From a virus (lineage: Duplodnaviria; Caudoviricetes): 59,008 bases of DNA. Positions 19,417 through 29,664 of the stretch are shown one piece after another (within the stretch, counting starts at the first letter, position 1; every line of letters begins with the position of its first letter). The position numbers were made by a program, and so were the translations under genes. The DNA lies in the IMG/VR virus record IMGVR_UViG_3300043777_000092, positions 1-59,008 of that record; one strand, 5' to 3'. The notes beneath the pieces were generated by a model. It was not told the origin of the DNA and did not search any database. It saw nothing but the letters and a program-made list of their open reading frames with translations.

Positions 19417-20015
19417 AGTTTTGCGCCCTTCTTGGAGTTGCAACTGTGGCAAAGCCCTTGAATATTCGTGATGAAATTTGAACCGCCCTTAGACAAGGGA
19501 ATGACGTGATCTACCGTTAGTCTCTTGCGTTTGTTACACATCGCGCAACGATGTTTTTGCCTGTCACAGACCGCGATCCACTCTTTCGCCGTAAACGAGC
19601 CCACGGAGGACTTTTCCAGAGCCCTTCGCCGATATTCTGCCTGTCGCAAGTTGTGCTTGTAATTCGGTTCCCTCTTCAGCCTTGCGGCATAACTGAAATA
19701 CTCTTTCAGTTCCTCCCTGTGAGCCGCGCGCCATTTTGCTTGGTAGGCACGGTAGCGCCCCCTGTTCTTTCTTTGCCAAGCAAGTCCGATAGCCTTCACT
19801 TTGTCTGAGTTCTGTCGATACCATCGGTGTGCGTTTGTGAGTCTTGCGGGACGGTTCCTGTAATAGCTGGCCATCGAGGACGCGCGATTTTTGTCGGGAT
19901 TCTCTCGCCGCCACTTCTTTGCTTTTTCGGGATTGTCTTTTGCCCATTGACGGCGATAAGCATACTTCGCCTGCCTGCGTATGAGAATTTCGGTAGCTTT
20001 GATGAGTGCAAACAT
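19404..20015 (-). CDS. HNH endonuclease (free-standing homing type)
   Basis: CAMC..LTVDHVIPLSKGGSNFITNIQGLCHSCNSKK; repeated W-R-K-N N-terminal helices. Confidence 0.9.
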   Translation of the reverse strand: MFALIKATEILIRRQAKYAYRRQWAKDNPEKAKKWRRENPDKNRASSMASYYRNRPARLTNAHRWYRQNSDKVKAIGLAWQRKNRGRYRAYQAKWRAAHREELKEYFSYAARLKREPNYKHNLRQAEYRRRALEKSSVGSFTAKEWIAVCDRQKHRCAMCNKRKRLTVDHVIPLSKGGSNFITNIQGLCHSCNSKKGAKLCAR

Positions 20016-20543
20016 TTACACTGCCCCAATTAATCCACCGACAAGATTAGACCAGAAATTATTGCTCAACGGGGCCTGCATGATCGAATTGTTGCCACTC
20101 TGCGCTGCGGTCGCAGCGCCAAGGGGATTGAGGCCCTGCGCTCCGGCAAGTTGGCGGCCAAACATGGACTGTGCTTGCGCCTGATCGTAGCTTTCCCCGA
20201 GTTGAGTGTTCTCCGCCGCCGCAAAGCCCGAGGGAAGCGCGCTACCGTAACCAGCGTTGTTTGCTGCCAATTGCGCTTTCTGCTGACCGTACTGCTGCGC
20301 AAGTTGCGGATTCTGCTGGGGATTGGAAACCAGGCTGGAGAAAAATGGGTTCGTTATCGCCGTGCCAGTGTTGAACTGGTTGGAAAGAGATGTATCAAGG
20401 GCGGCGGTGGATGATGCCGCCGCATTCTGTTGAGCTGTCGGTCCTCCGCAGGCTCGAACAAGTGGGCCATGATACTCGTAGGAGTCACGAGAGATGACCC
20501 GTCCAGTCTCAATCTCTATAACTACACGCGTGTTGCATCGCAT
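20016..20543 (-). CDS. Internal virion/ejection protein with YEYHGPLVRACGG leader
   Basis: AGGAG RBS; leader motif followed by A/Q/G-rich body ending GGLIGAV. Confidence 0.6.
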   Translation of the reverse strand: MRCNTRVVIEIETGRVISRDSYEYHGPLVRACGGPTAQQNAAASSTAALDTSLSNQFNTGTAITNPFFSSLVSNPQQNPQLAQQYGQQKAQLAANNAGYGSALPSGFAAAENTQLGESYDQAQAQSMFGRQLAGAQGLNPLGAATAAQSGNNSIMQAPLSNNFWSNLVGGLIGAV

Positions 20544-20550
20544 GAAACTC

Positions 20551-20991
20551 CTAGCGTACTTCGATCTCGTACCTGTGTGCAGGCCTTGCGCCAATCTTCA
20601 GCAGGAAGCGACGCCAATATCGCTCCGCCGTCTCAGCCACGAAGCAAAGCACAGTGTTTCCCGTGTGACCCAAATCCTCCAAGTAATCATGAATGCGGAC
20701 ATACATCAGATCACGCCCCCGCTCAGCTATTCTCAGTCCCTCCTTGTCGGCAGTCGGCGGTATCACGTGGAAAAGGCAAATATCCACCGCCGCTCGCGTG
20801 CCAACAAGGCCAATGACGCGCAAGACTTTGTCGTCGTCCCGGATAGTAGTAGCCCAGACCTTCGCGTAGCAAGGAAAAACCAATTCTGAACCGAACTGGT
20901 CTTTGGCGAATTCCTGGACGGCTCCGAACAGCGCTGGGTCACGCGGTTTCCCGTCTTGATAGAAATCTATCGGTGTAACCTTGAGGCACAC
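20551..20991 (-). CDS. Hypothetical protein, possible GNAT-like tail assembly protein
   Basis: Position between fibre and ejection genes; alpha/beta pattern. Confidence 0.45.
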   Translation of the reverse strand: MCLKVTPIDFYQDGKPRDPALFGAVQEFAKDQFGSELVFPCYAKVWATTIRDDDKVLRVIGLVGTRAAVDICLFHVIPPTADKEGLRIAERGRDLMYVRIHDYLEDLGHTGNTVLCFVAETAERYWRRFLLKIGARPAHRYEIEVR

Positions 20992-21048
20992 AAAGGGCTC
21001 CTATGCTAAAATGGCGGCTGAACGCAACACCTTACTGGAGGTAAGGTC

Positions 21049-21558
21049 ATGCCAAAACGTCGTGTCAGGCGACATTCTGTTGTTCAGCCGCTCGATGCAG
21101 ATTATAGACTCATTCCTCTCACCAAAGGTCAGAATGCGATCGTTGATGCCGCAGACTACGATTGGCTTAACCAGTGGAACTGGACGGCAGTATGGAATTC
21201 CTGCACTAAAAGTTTCTACGGAAAGCGCCGTGGTGCAAGTATGCATCGCGTCATTCTTGGTTTGATGCCAGGGGAGCCGGGTGACCATATAAACCGGAAT
21301 ACTTTGGACAATCGAAGAAAGAATCTTCGCAAAGCCAATTTCAGCCAAAACGATTGCAATCGCGGACCTCAGGGCAACAACACGAGCGGCTACAAGGGTG
21401 TCTGTTTTAATCATGAGGGATGGGTAGCAAGAATCGCAATCAATGGAGAGACCAAATATCTTGGAAATTTCGTAACCAAAGAGGACGCTGCCCGCGCTTA
21501 TGATCGGGCGGCTAAAGAGTTGCATGGGGAATTTGCCTATCAAAACTTCTCCTCATGA
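21049..21558 (+). CDS. HNH-AP2 homing endonuclease, antisense to the late operon
   Basis: MHRVIL..DHINRNTLDNRRKNLR and NTSGYKGV..WVARI..YLGNF..AARAYD; GGAGGT RBS; TGCTAAAAT extended -10 at 21004-21012. Confidence 0.92.
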   Translation: MPKRRVRRHSVVQPLDADYRLIPLTKGQNAIVDAADYDWLNQWNWTAVWNSCTKSFYGKRRGASMHRVILGLMPGEPGDHINRNTLDNRRKNLRKANFSQNDCNRGPQGNNTSGYKGVCFNHEGWVARIAINGETKYLGNFVTKEDAARAYDRAAKELHGEFAYQNFSS

Positions 21559-23250
21559 GCACCCGAGTGTCACGAGTCCAGGCGGGAGCGCCACGTTGCA
21601 CAGCCATTTCGGGAAAAGTGGGTCAACGACACTGCCGCTCGATGGGATCTGGTACCCGTTAGCATTCGCGCCGCTGGCACTCGGCGTGAAGTTTGAAATG
21701 ACCGTGGCCATGCAGTTCGGGACACTTGAAGCACTGCCGCAGCTTGGCGCTCCCGGGATAGACGTGCTCGCGAAAGACGGGTTCGTTCCGAAAGTGTTCC
21801 CCGCCCCGTAGGAAAAGCCCGTGCTGGTGTTGATCCCATCGTTGTTGCCGGCCGCCGAGTACCCCCAGCTATTGTTAACCGTGTCCGTGCCGTTGCCACC
21901 GCCAACATAGAAAGCGTACTTCGGATTGGACCCGCAGCCGGTCGCGGAGTTCGTCATTCCCAAATCGTTCAGAAGCGTGGTCGTGTACGCCGCCGCTATC
22001 GTGAGATCGCCGCACCAAGTGGCGCTTTGGTTGGTATCGAGATTGTTTCCGTAAGCGGTGATGAACTCCCCGTAGATGGGAGCAGAGCTGGCCCCTGTCT
22101 TGTTCTGGTAAGCCTGGAATCCTCGGCCACCATTCCCAACGAAGAGATCGTTGTAGGCGACCGCCTGATAAATGTATGCCGTCCCGCCGGTCTGACTGTT
22201 GTCGAAATCGTCGAAGATTAAACCTTCGCCGTCCGTGGGGGCGCCACCAGCGCAGGGATTTGCATCCGTGTTCGCCCATCCGAAACTCCCGGCCACGTAA
22301 ATGTGGGTGCCTGAATTCGTGTCTGACGCAGACGGGCTATATACGCTGAATCCGCTGTAGCAAGCCGTCCCATTTTGCGCGGCGTTGTAGGCGATGCTGC
22401 CGATGATCGCAAAATAGTCCACTCCAACGTGACTGTTATTGAAGGTCACGATGCCGCCCTGCTGGCAGCCGTTCGCAATGTCATTCGCAAAGATGATGTG
22501 ATGGATCGCCGCCCCGCTCGTAGGAGGAACAGCGTTGAAGCAGGCTCCGCCTCCGCTGGTGGTGGTGGCTTCCCAGCCCTGCACCCCCCAGTAGTTTGCG
22601 CTGATCCTCATGCCGCCGCTGGCAGAGTTAGTGCTGATCTTGCAGGCGTCAAAGGTTGCGCAGATCACCCAGGCTACGTTGTTCCCGGCAGGACAGGTCA
22701 CCGCCCCCCACTTTCCAGAGGCGAAGTTCGCAGCCGAGTAGGACGTGCTCGTAGCCGCAATGATCACATCCCCGCAGTTGAGCGCGTGGTTCGGACTGAG
22801 CCACGGCGATCCGCTTGAAGTGCCGCTGTTCGAGTCGCTGCCCGTCGCGGACATGTAGTAAGTCGCGCCCGAGCTTCCGCCCGGCACTTGCGAGCCGAAG
22901 CAGTACCAGATCGAACCGTTGGAGATGGCGGTGGCTTGGTTCGATCCTCCACCCACGCAAGTCTGCCCTTCGGTCGTCACGGCCGTTGAATCGCTCACGG
23001 TTCGGACAAGTCCAGTATTGGAAGAAGCTGCTGGCAATCCTGCCACCGTCGTAGACGCTGGCTGCAAGATGCTGAATATATCGACCCATACCCCACCGAT
23101 ACACGTCCAGGGATGTCCGTTGGAACTCTCGCTGTAGGTACTTCCGCTCGCGCACGATCCGGTGGGCGCACCTGAGCCAGTCGTGGCGGATTGCGCGTGC
23201 GCCGTGCTGGCAAATGTCAAAAGCAAGCATGCGATCAATACGATCCGCAA
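21553..23250 (-). CDS. Signal-peptide-bearing parallel beta-helix (pectin-lyase-like) protein
   Basis: MRIVLIACLLLTFASTAHA|Q; YYMSATGSDSNSGTSSGSPW motif; DGEGLIFD; N/G-rich repeats. Confidence 0.7.
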   Translation of the reverse strand: MRIVLIACLLLTFASTAHAQSATTGSGAPTGSCASGSTYSESSNGHPWTCIGGVWVDIFSILQPASTTVAGLPAASSNTGLVRTVSDSTAVTTEGQTCVGGGSNQATAISNGSIWYCFGSQVPGGSSGATYYMSATGSDSNSGTSSGSPWLSPNHALNCGDVIIAATSTSYSAANFASGKWGAVTCPAGNNVAWVICATFDACKISTNSASGGMRISANYWGVQGWEATTTSGGGACFNAVPPTSGAAIHHIIFANDIANGCQQGGIVTFNNSHVGVDYFAIIGSIAYNAAQNGTACYSGFSVYSPSASDTNSGTHIYVAGSFGWANTDANPCAGGAPTDGEGLIFDDFDNSQTGGTAYIYQAVAYNDLFVGNGGRGFQAYQNKTGASSAPIYGEFITAYGNNLDTNQSATWCGDLTIAAAYTTTLLNDLGMTNSATGCGSNPKYAFYVGGGNGTDTVNNSWGYSAAGNNDGINTSTGFSYGAGNTFGTNPSFASTSIPGAPSCGSASSVPNCMATVISNFTPSASGANANGYQIPSSGSVVDPLFPKWLCNVALPPGLVTLGCS

Positions 23251-26200
23251 GTGACCTCCAAAACGTCGCTGTCAACCCATGCATGCGTAGCGACAAGGTT
23301 GGTGTAGTTCTGCAGGGTGACCGAAGTTGAGGAAGTCGGAACCGACCTAGTGATGAATACGTTCCCGCTTGTGGTCGTTCCGTCAGTCACCATGCAAGCC
23401 CACCCGTGAGGCGCCGAGGGCATCGTAAGCACTCCGGTCCCGGTGTTGCTCGTTCCTACGTTGATCGTGAAGGCCGCGGTACCGTTCGAGTTCACGATCG
23501 AGGCACCCGAGCCAAACCCCGAGGCTATCGTCGGTGGAGATGATCCGGCTGGACTGCATCCGACGCACGTCCCCAAGACAGTAATGTTGTGGACGAATAC
23601 CCCGGGCCCCCCGGCGGCATTTGCCGTCGTATACTCTGATGGACTGAGATTGAAGCCGTACCATCCCGTTCCACCGTTCGATGTACCGCAGCCGAGGCAC
23701 GAGGCTGCATTATTCTCCAAACTCAACCACGAACGCATCGCGTTGCCAACGAGCGCAGGCGTGCCAGCCGTTTGCCCGGAGGTGGTCGTCAAGCTGTACG
23801 TGCAGGTGCCGTTTGTGACTGTCGTGGAATCGAAGTAGTCGGCTTCGCCACCCGATGAGGTTCCGAAATAAACGCGGCAGCCTGCCGGGAAGTAGGTACC
23901 AGTCACCGCTGAAACGGAAATGGAAGCCGACGGCCCGAGAACTATTGATTGTTCCGGGGACGGAGCGGAGAAGCGACCCGCCACGTCCTTCACGGCGACC
24001 TCAACATAGTAGGTTGCCGCAGAAAGAGAACCGCTTCCAGAGGTCAGCGTCGTAATGGGTCGTCGGAATGCGTGCGCGGCCATGTACTCGCCGCCAGGTC
24101 CGTTCGAGTCGTTGCCGCCCAGGGCAATATAGCTCGTCGATTGCGATTCACTGCCGCTTGTCGTTAGCCCAAGATCGCATCCAGAATATTTCCCGAAAAT
24201 GCTCTGCACATAGCCGCGACTGTTGATTCCCGTGCCGCCTTGACTCGGGTTCTCATACGTCCAGCCGCGGCAATCTACGCTGAGGGTTGGAGAAACCGCG
24301 CTTCCGACAAGCGCATTCCATCCAGTCGTTTGCCCGTGTATCCACACGCCATTCCCAGGTAACGGCGTGGTGTTGTAGTTGTAAACGAGCGCCAGTTGCG
24401 GGTTCATCGCGTCGCCGGTGTCCACGTCGTTGATGTTGACGTTCCCGATGGAATTATTCGTAGCGAGGCAGATGAAGCAAGGGTCGTAGTTGTCCTCGAT
24501 GTCCTCTTGCCCGGTGAAAACGAAATCTCCGAACGGGCCGCCACCACCCGGGAACGCGATGTCAACACGAACCGTGTGACTGATCCACTCAATTGTATCG
24601 AAGACGAAAACGCTCGTGTGCCCGGAGTTCGTCAAACCCAGAAACCAAACGGCCGGCACGTTGTTGTTCGCGTTGTTTGCGTTAAAATTCACGTTGTGCG
24701 CAACGCTGAAAAATGAGTTATTGTCGATCTGAAGTTCCGGGCCGCTTCCGTTGTTATTGAACGAATCATTCTCGAATGTATAAAAACCGCCAACGTCGAT
24801 GATTCCAGCCTGCGAAGTCGAGAACGTGATTCCTTTCGCGTAAATTCCGCCACCGCTGGCGACCGCGAGCGCGCCCAGGGTGGGCCAAGCAGAAAGCGTG
24901 TTGCCAGGAATGGTCAAATCGTTCGGAGAATAAATCCCGCCAAGGCCCTCCAGTGCGTAAAACCCAGTGCTCGTCGCGCCGCCAGAGAGCGCACCCTCTA
25001 TCGGAAGCCCGAACAGTTGAACCGCGCCTGCCAAGTTGATCTTTACGCCTTCGGTGCCTGTAGCAGGAAACGGAAAAGTGCTGGCGAAATAGAATCCGTT
25101 CGGAATCAGGACGATTCCTTTCGTCACGGTTGACGAGCCTCCATCTGTCGATGCCGCGGCGATAGCAGATTTTATAAACGGAGCGATGTCAGCCATGACG
25201 AACACGCCAGATACGGCATTCGTCGCTGGCGTCGCCAATGTAAGCGTGTTGCTTGCCCCGCCGGCCGTGAAAGTCGTCACGAGAGCGTCATTCGTTACGG
25301 AGGCAGGCGGCGTGGTCGGCCAGAAGCCGTTGAAGCCCGTCCAGGTGTTCGTCTCCGTCCCCTTGTCAATCGCGCCGCAGATGTTTCCCGCACTCCAACC
25401 GTTGCAAGCGAACGAATAGCCAAGCGGGACGTAGGTTATGTTGTCGGTGCTGATGTAGGTGAGGTAACCGCAGGCGTTAGAAACCGATATCCAGTAAAAT
25501 CCAACGTAGTTCGTACTGGTGCGTGTCGCTGGCGCCGTAGCCAAACTGATCGCTGCGCTGGCCGCGGAGGTCCCGAAATTGCAGTCAATCGCCGCGACTT
25601 TGTAATAGAGCGTCGTACTGCCCGCCAGCCCGATGACGTTTGGGTTAGGTGCTGCGCCCTTGGCAGGCGTTGAAAGTGTCGAGGCTGGCCCGGCGTTGGC
25701 GATAAACACGCCACAGCCGTTAGTGAGCATGTGGTTGTTGTAGGTGAGGCTGAGGGTCGAAAGTGATCCCCCAGAGATTGTGCCTACTTCACGGCTGCCG
25801 CTTACACCAGCTTCATTGCATCCACCGGACGGCATCCCGGCGGTTACATCGCGCCAGGGAATCGGCCCTCCGAAGCGGTTATTGTTCGTCCAAGCGTTGT
25901 CTGTTCCCAAGGAACTCGGTAGCGGGTTCCAAGTACCGTCTGCCCGAAGAAAATTTGTCGTTCCCCCACCAGAAGCCGGAGTGAGCCCCTGCAATGTTGG
26001 GCTGAACAGATTCAGGAAGGCCGTCAGAGTTGTGGCCGTGTACGAAGTGTTCCAAGTGGTGCCATTCCAAGAGGTGATTCCAATCGTGCTCGGGTTCGTC
26101 CCCCCGCCACCACCGCCAGTGTCGGCCGTGCAGGTGATCGAGCCATCCACATTGATCGCAAAAATGTGGTACATGCTCGGACAGGTAATGGCTTCCACGC

Positions 26201-26732
26201 CGCCCTTGGTCGTGGTCGCGGGTGCCGGAAGGTCTGCACCGATGAGAGGACGGAATGATGGGCTTGTAGCAGCACCGGACGGCGGCCCAGCATAGACCGT
26301 GTTTGCATTCTGAAAATCAACCGGAGGCGCCGGGACGAGGTTCGTCGGCGTAGCCGTGTTGAGGTTCCAAGTCGTGCCAGCAGAATAGTTAATGGTGTAG
26401 TTGTTGCACTGGAACTGCGAGCCCTGGTAGTACACGCACACCCGATAGAACGTGTTCGCCGGTGTGATCGAATCATTGGACTGAATACTTCCGCTGATCG
26501 CGCCACTGCCGTTCGGCGTGAATGGCGGGCTGATCTGACTCACGATCGCGTTCGTCCCAATCACCCGCGGTATGTTGCTGCCAAAATTCTGCAAAGTGAA
26601 CAGGACGTAGGCGTTCTGCTGAGTCACAGGCGCGCCGGTCAGCGCACCCAGGTTGCCGCTTACGGTCACGAGTTGCGCGTGCGTTGTCGTCGCGCACAGC
26701 AGAAGCCCGAAGATAAGAAGCAGTTTCCTCAT
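23235..26732 (-). CDS. 1165-aa tail fibre/spike-like beta-rich protein with signal peptide
   Basis: MRKLLLIFGLLLCATTTHA|Q; fibre-type motifs (FRPLIGADLP, NFLRADGTW); beta-helix region; tail position. Confidence 0.7.
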   Translation of the reverse strand: MRKLLLIFGLLLCATTTHAQLVTVSGNLGALTGAPVTQQNAYVLFTLQNFGSNIPRVIGTNAIVSQISPPFTPNGSGAISGSIQSNDSITPANTFYRVCVYYQGSQFQCNNYTINYSAGTTWNLNTATPTNLVPAPPVDFQNANTVYAGPPSGAATSPSFRPLIGADLPAPATTTKGGVEAITCPSMYHIFAINVDGSITCTADTGGGGGGTNPSTIGITSWNGTTWNTSYTATTLTAFLNLFSPTLQGLTPASGGGTTNFLRADGTWNPLPSSLGTDNAWTNNNRFGGPIPWRDVTAGMPSGGCNEAGVSGSREVGTISGGSLSTLSLTYNNHMLTNGCGVFIANAGPASTLSTPAKGAAPNPNVIGLAGSTTLYYKVAAIDCNFGTSAASAAISLATAPATRTSTNYVGFYWISVSNACGYLTYISTDNITYVPLGYSFACNGWSAGNICGAIDKGTETNTWTGFNGFWPTTPPASVTNDALVTTFTAGGASNTLTLATPATNAVSGVFVMADIAPFIKSAIAAASTDGGSSTVTKGIVLIPNGFYFASTFPFPATGTEGVKINLAGAVQLFGLPIEGALSGGATSTGFYALEGLGGIYSPNDLTIPGNTLSAWPTLGALAVASGGGIYAKGITFSTSQAGIIDVGGFYTFENDSFNNNGSGPELQIDNNSFFSVAHNVNFNANNANNNVPAVWFLGLTNSGHTSVFVFDTIEWISHTVRVDIAFPGGGGPFGDFVFTGQEDIEDNYDPCFICLATNNSIGNVNINDVDTGDAMNPQLALVYNYNTTPLPGNGVWIHGQTTGWNALVGSAVSPTLSVDCRGWTYENPSQGGTGINSRGYVQSIFGKYSGCDLGLTTSGSESQSTSYIALGGNDSNGPGGEYMAAHAFRRPITTLTSGSGSLSAATYYVEVAVKDVAGRFSAPSPEQSIVLGPSASISVSAVTGTYFPAGCRVYFGTSSGGEADYFDSTTVTNGTCTYSLTTTSGQTAGTPALVGNAMRSWLSLENNAASCLGCGTSNGGTGWYGFNLSPSEYTTANAAGGPGVFVHNITVLGTCVGCSPAGSSPPTIASGFGSGASIVNSNGTAAFTINVGTSNTGTGVLTMPSAPHGWACMVTDGTTTSGNVFITRSVPTSSTSVTLQNYTNLVATHAWVDSDVLEVTCGSY

Positions 26733-27154
26733 GAAGCCGCCGCGATGATCTGCGTCTTAATGCTTTCCATGAGCGCGCTATAAGCCGAGACAAAGAAAGC
26801 AGTTTTAGTCCCTGTTACAAGGCCCGGAATCGTCACACTCACGACTGGCGATCCCGAAGGGGAGCGGTTTGAGCCGGACGGCGTAGAACTGGGGAACTGC
26901 GGCGCCGAGACGTTTATGACAGGCCCATTCTCATTCCCCTGGTACACGTTGTAGCCAGTGATGCCCGCGAGGTTCTGAGGTCCAACCCAAGAAAGCAGGA
27001 CCGCTCTAACCAGCGAGGTCGCCAAGAGATTACGAACCGGAGACGGGCGGCGGCGACTGGCAAGCATTTCCTGTGACGTGCCGATGTTCTCGCGGAAAAA
27101 TCGCTGCATCAGCATGTTGTTCTTCGCCGTGTTTTGGCCGAGCACGTAATACAT
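26729..27154 (-). CDS. FN3-like tail protein
   Basis: LLSW..ITGYNVY..FFVSAY pattern. Confidence 0.55.
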   Translation of the reverse strand: MYYVLGQNTAKNNMLMQRFFRENIGTSQEMLASRRRPSPVRNLLATSLVRAVLLSWVGPQNLAGITGYNVYQGNENGPVINVSAPQFPSSTPSGSNRSPSGSPVVSVTIPGLVTGTKTAFFVSAYSALMESIKTQIIAAAS

Positions 27155-29661
27155 TACCTAGCCTCCGGCCGCTCGCGTCCAGTCTTGAAATCGCTCAAAT
27201 TTATACAGCCGTACCACGGCATCGGCAGGAACGGCGGGTTCGTGAGCGCGAAGCTGCCATCTGCCGGGTGCGACGTGAGCTGCGCTCGAATGTATAGCCA
27301 GCGGCATTCCTCGTTGGCGAACTTCACTCCGAAGCGCGTTGGCGTCTGCGCGAATCCGTCAGGAATCACATCCTGCGTAACCGGGATGAACTCGTTCAGC
27401 GTCAAGCTGTAATCCGGCAAGTACGACCATTCGATGTTCGGGTCGCCTTGGTATTCCAGTTCCACCGCGGAAGGCCGATTCGGCCCTAAAGCGATGAGGC
27501 CGATGTAGTCGCCCATGAAAGCGGCACCATTGTCTGAAAGGCCGTCCTCAAGCTGCGCAAAGAAACCGCCGCCGCTCGATCCCGGCGGCGCGCCAGCACC
27601 ACCACACCACAGCCGCATCCTTCCCCCCGTGTCGTACACGTTCTGCCGGGGAGTGAACCCCGCACCCACGAAAGTCCGGGGCAGAAGTCCCTGATAGATG
27701 GCGTTATAGCCCTGCCCATGCGGACTGCGCTCTTCCTTGAGCAAGAAATCGTGGATCACGATGACAGGGTTTCCCTGCGCGTCGAGCCCTTTAATCACAA
27801 TCTGGTCAATCAGTTGTGTTTGATCCAGCAAATATCCCAGTTCCACGGTGTTGATAGTCGCATCCGCAAGCGTTCCGAGCAACGCCAATTCGTACTCATC
27901 GCTGACCGGCACAACGCCGTCCTCTTGGAAGGTGCAAAGCTCCTTTTGCGTGGAGATCCAGAATGGTCCGTGCGGAGTTTCGATAAATCCCCGCTGCGAC
28001 GGACAACCTCCCGGGTACGGGCCGCGCCACGGATTCACGCCCTGCTGCAACAGGAAATACGACCAGATACACAGATTCTCCCGGCTGAAGAACCATCCCT
28101 CTAGGCGGTAAGCATGGATGGAGGTCGGAAGCTGCCCGTCCGGCATTGGCTCAACTTGGTCGGGAGGCCAACTCTCCTCTGGGATGCCCACATAGCCCGC
28201 ATTGCTGATGTCCGCTGCATCGTTGGAATAAGACAAGTACGGATTCCCTGCGAGACCTGCAAAGATACGTGTGCCTACGCGGGCGAACTTGTCCAGTGGT
28301 GGAGGGGGATAGTTGTTGATCGGCAATTCCTGCGTCAAATTAATGTTGCCGATAGTGATGGTCCCAAAAGTAGCCGTGTTCCCGATGATGATGTTGTTTC
28401 CCTGTGCGTCGGTCAACCAATACGGAATCTGCGCGCCGTCCTGAGTCATGCCCACAGCGTACTCCCATTCGTAATCGTAACCACTCAACAACGGAAGGCC
28501 AGCAATCACAATGGCAGATGTTGTCGCGCTGACTGGGACCGGAGCACCGATTGCCAATCGGTTTCCCATGTGCTGCGTGACAGGATTGTAGATCGCAATA
28601 TAGAATTGATAGCCGCCGAGCAACGTGGGCGAAAAACTTCCTATCGAAGAGGACGTGACAGATACGGAAGCACCGTTTAGCACGCTGTAAAAGAGCGTGA
28701 TGCGCACGCTATCCACAAAAGAACTCGCTCCAAGTCCTAGCGATTGCAGTGCTTGAAGCTGCACTCCAAAGGTAGAGCTGTTCACGATGGCTGTAGTTAA
28801 GTTGGCGCCCAACGCGTTGTTCGGCCCTCCGACAGCGACGGTTGCCTCTGATCCCGCAGGTAGAGGCAGGATTGCTCCATTCCCGGGCAAGACCGCACCG
28901 AGGCAAGTAAGATAGGCCTGAAGACTCACAGCCGCCCCTGTGTAATATCCAATCACCGAAATTTGGATGCCCAAGATGCTTGCACTCGTCGGAATTGAGA
29001 ATCCAAAGTTGGTGACTTCTAGGAAGTTACTGAACAATTCCGAACTTGTCAGCACAACGCTTGCGTAGGTTCCGTCTGGGGCACCTGTTGCGTTTCCAGG
29101 GTTTGACCAAGACGGAGCTGCGCTCAAGGTTCCGTTAGTTGCAGCACCAGCATAGTTTTGACTTGGGGCAGCAAGAAACGCCGCGCCTGGCAACCCAATC
29201 GGTCGCAGCGTGCTGCCATCCCAACTAACGCCGTCTCCGTTTTCCCACGATGCGGTGTAGTTGGTATTTGGAGGTGCCGCTCCGCTCGATATGAAAATGC
29301 GATTCTCGGCACGGAAATGTCCCCATGGGTTTGAGGAACCCATCACCCCAACTGCCTCCGACAGTTGCGAACTCATGTTATAGGAAAGAATCTGGGAGTT
29401 CTTACCGTACATCACGTACTGCGGGCCAAGATAGGATGCCGAAAAAAGTTCGTAATAGACTGCGGAGTGTATGGTGTTGTTCGTCCCACCAACTGTGTCG
29501 TTCGTCATCCAAGCGGTGTAGCCTTGGCGGAGACGAAGCTGCCCGCTGATTGTTGGTGCGAAATTCAGGCAGCGCAACGCGCGGTCAACGGGATAGTTGG
29601 CCGGATTGCTTCTGGAATCGACCCCGCCGAATGAAAAGGATTCTCGCTTGGTGGTCGGCAT
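27154..29661 (-). CDS. Tail tubular/nozzle (head-stabilisation) protein
   Basis: FSFGGVDSR..NF..GQLRLRQG N-terminus, beta-propeller character, follows the adaptor gene. Confidence 0.7.
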   Translation of the reverse strand: MPTTKRESFSFGGVDSRSNPANYPVDRALRCLNFAPTISGQLRLRQGYTAWMTNDTVGGTNNTIHSAVYYELFSASYLGPQYVMYGKNSQILSYNMSSQLSEAVGVMGSSNPWGHFRAENRIFISSGAAPPNTNYTASWENGDGVSWDGSTLRPIGLPGAAFLAAPSQNYAGAATNGTLSAAPSWSNPGNATGAPDGTYASVVLTSSELFSNFLEVTNFGFSIPTSASILGIQISVIGYYTGAAVSLQAYLTCLGAVLPGNGAILPLPAGSEATVAVGGPNNALGANLTTAIVNSSTFGVQLQALQSLGLGASSFVDSVRITLFYSVLNGASVSVTSSSIGSFSPTLLGGYQFYIAIYNPVTQHMGNRLAIGAPVPVSATTSAIVIAGLPLLSGYDYEWEYAVGMTQDGAQIPYWLTDAQGNNIIIGNTATFGTITIGNINLTQELPINNYPPPPLDKFARVGTRIFAGLAGNPYLSYSNDAADISNAGYVGIPEESWPPDQVEPMPDGQLPTSIHAYRLEGWFFSRENLCIWSYFLLQQGVNPWRGPYPGGCPSQRGFIETPHGPFWISTQKELCTFQEDGVVPVSDEYELALLGTLADATINTVELGYLLDQTQLIDQIVIKGLDAQGNPVIVIHDFLLKEERSPHGQGYNAIYQGLLPRTFVGAGFTPRQNVYDTGGRMRLWCGGAGAPPGSSGGGFFAQLEDGLSDNGAAFMGDYIGLIALGPNRPSAVELEYQGDPNIEWSYLPDYSLTLNEFIPVTQDVIPDGFAQTPTRFGVKFANEECRWLYIRAQLTSHPADGSFALTNPPFLPMPWYGCINLSDFKTGRERPEAR

Positions 29662-29664
29662 GAG

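Noticed and set aside
19404-20015. Group I intron housing the HNH (also 38243-38788)
   Set aside because: The HNH ORFs abut or overlap both neighbours, leaving no room for a ribozyme core; flanking genes end and start normally
21001-21543. Minus-strand 180-aa ORF continuing the late operon
   Set aside because: Antisense to a clear HNH-AP2 gene
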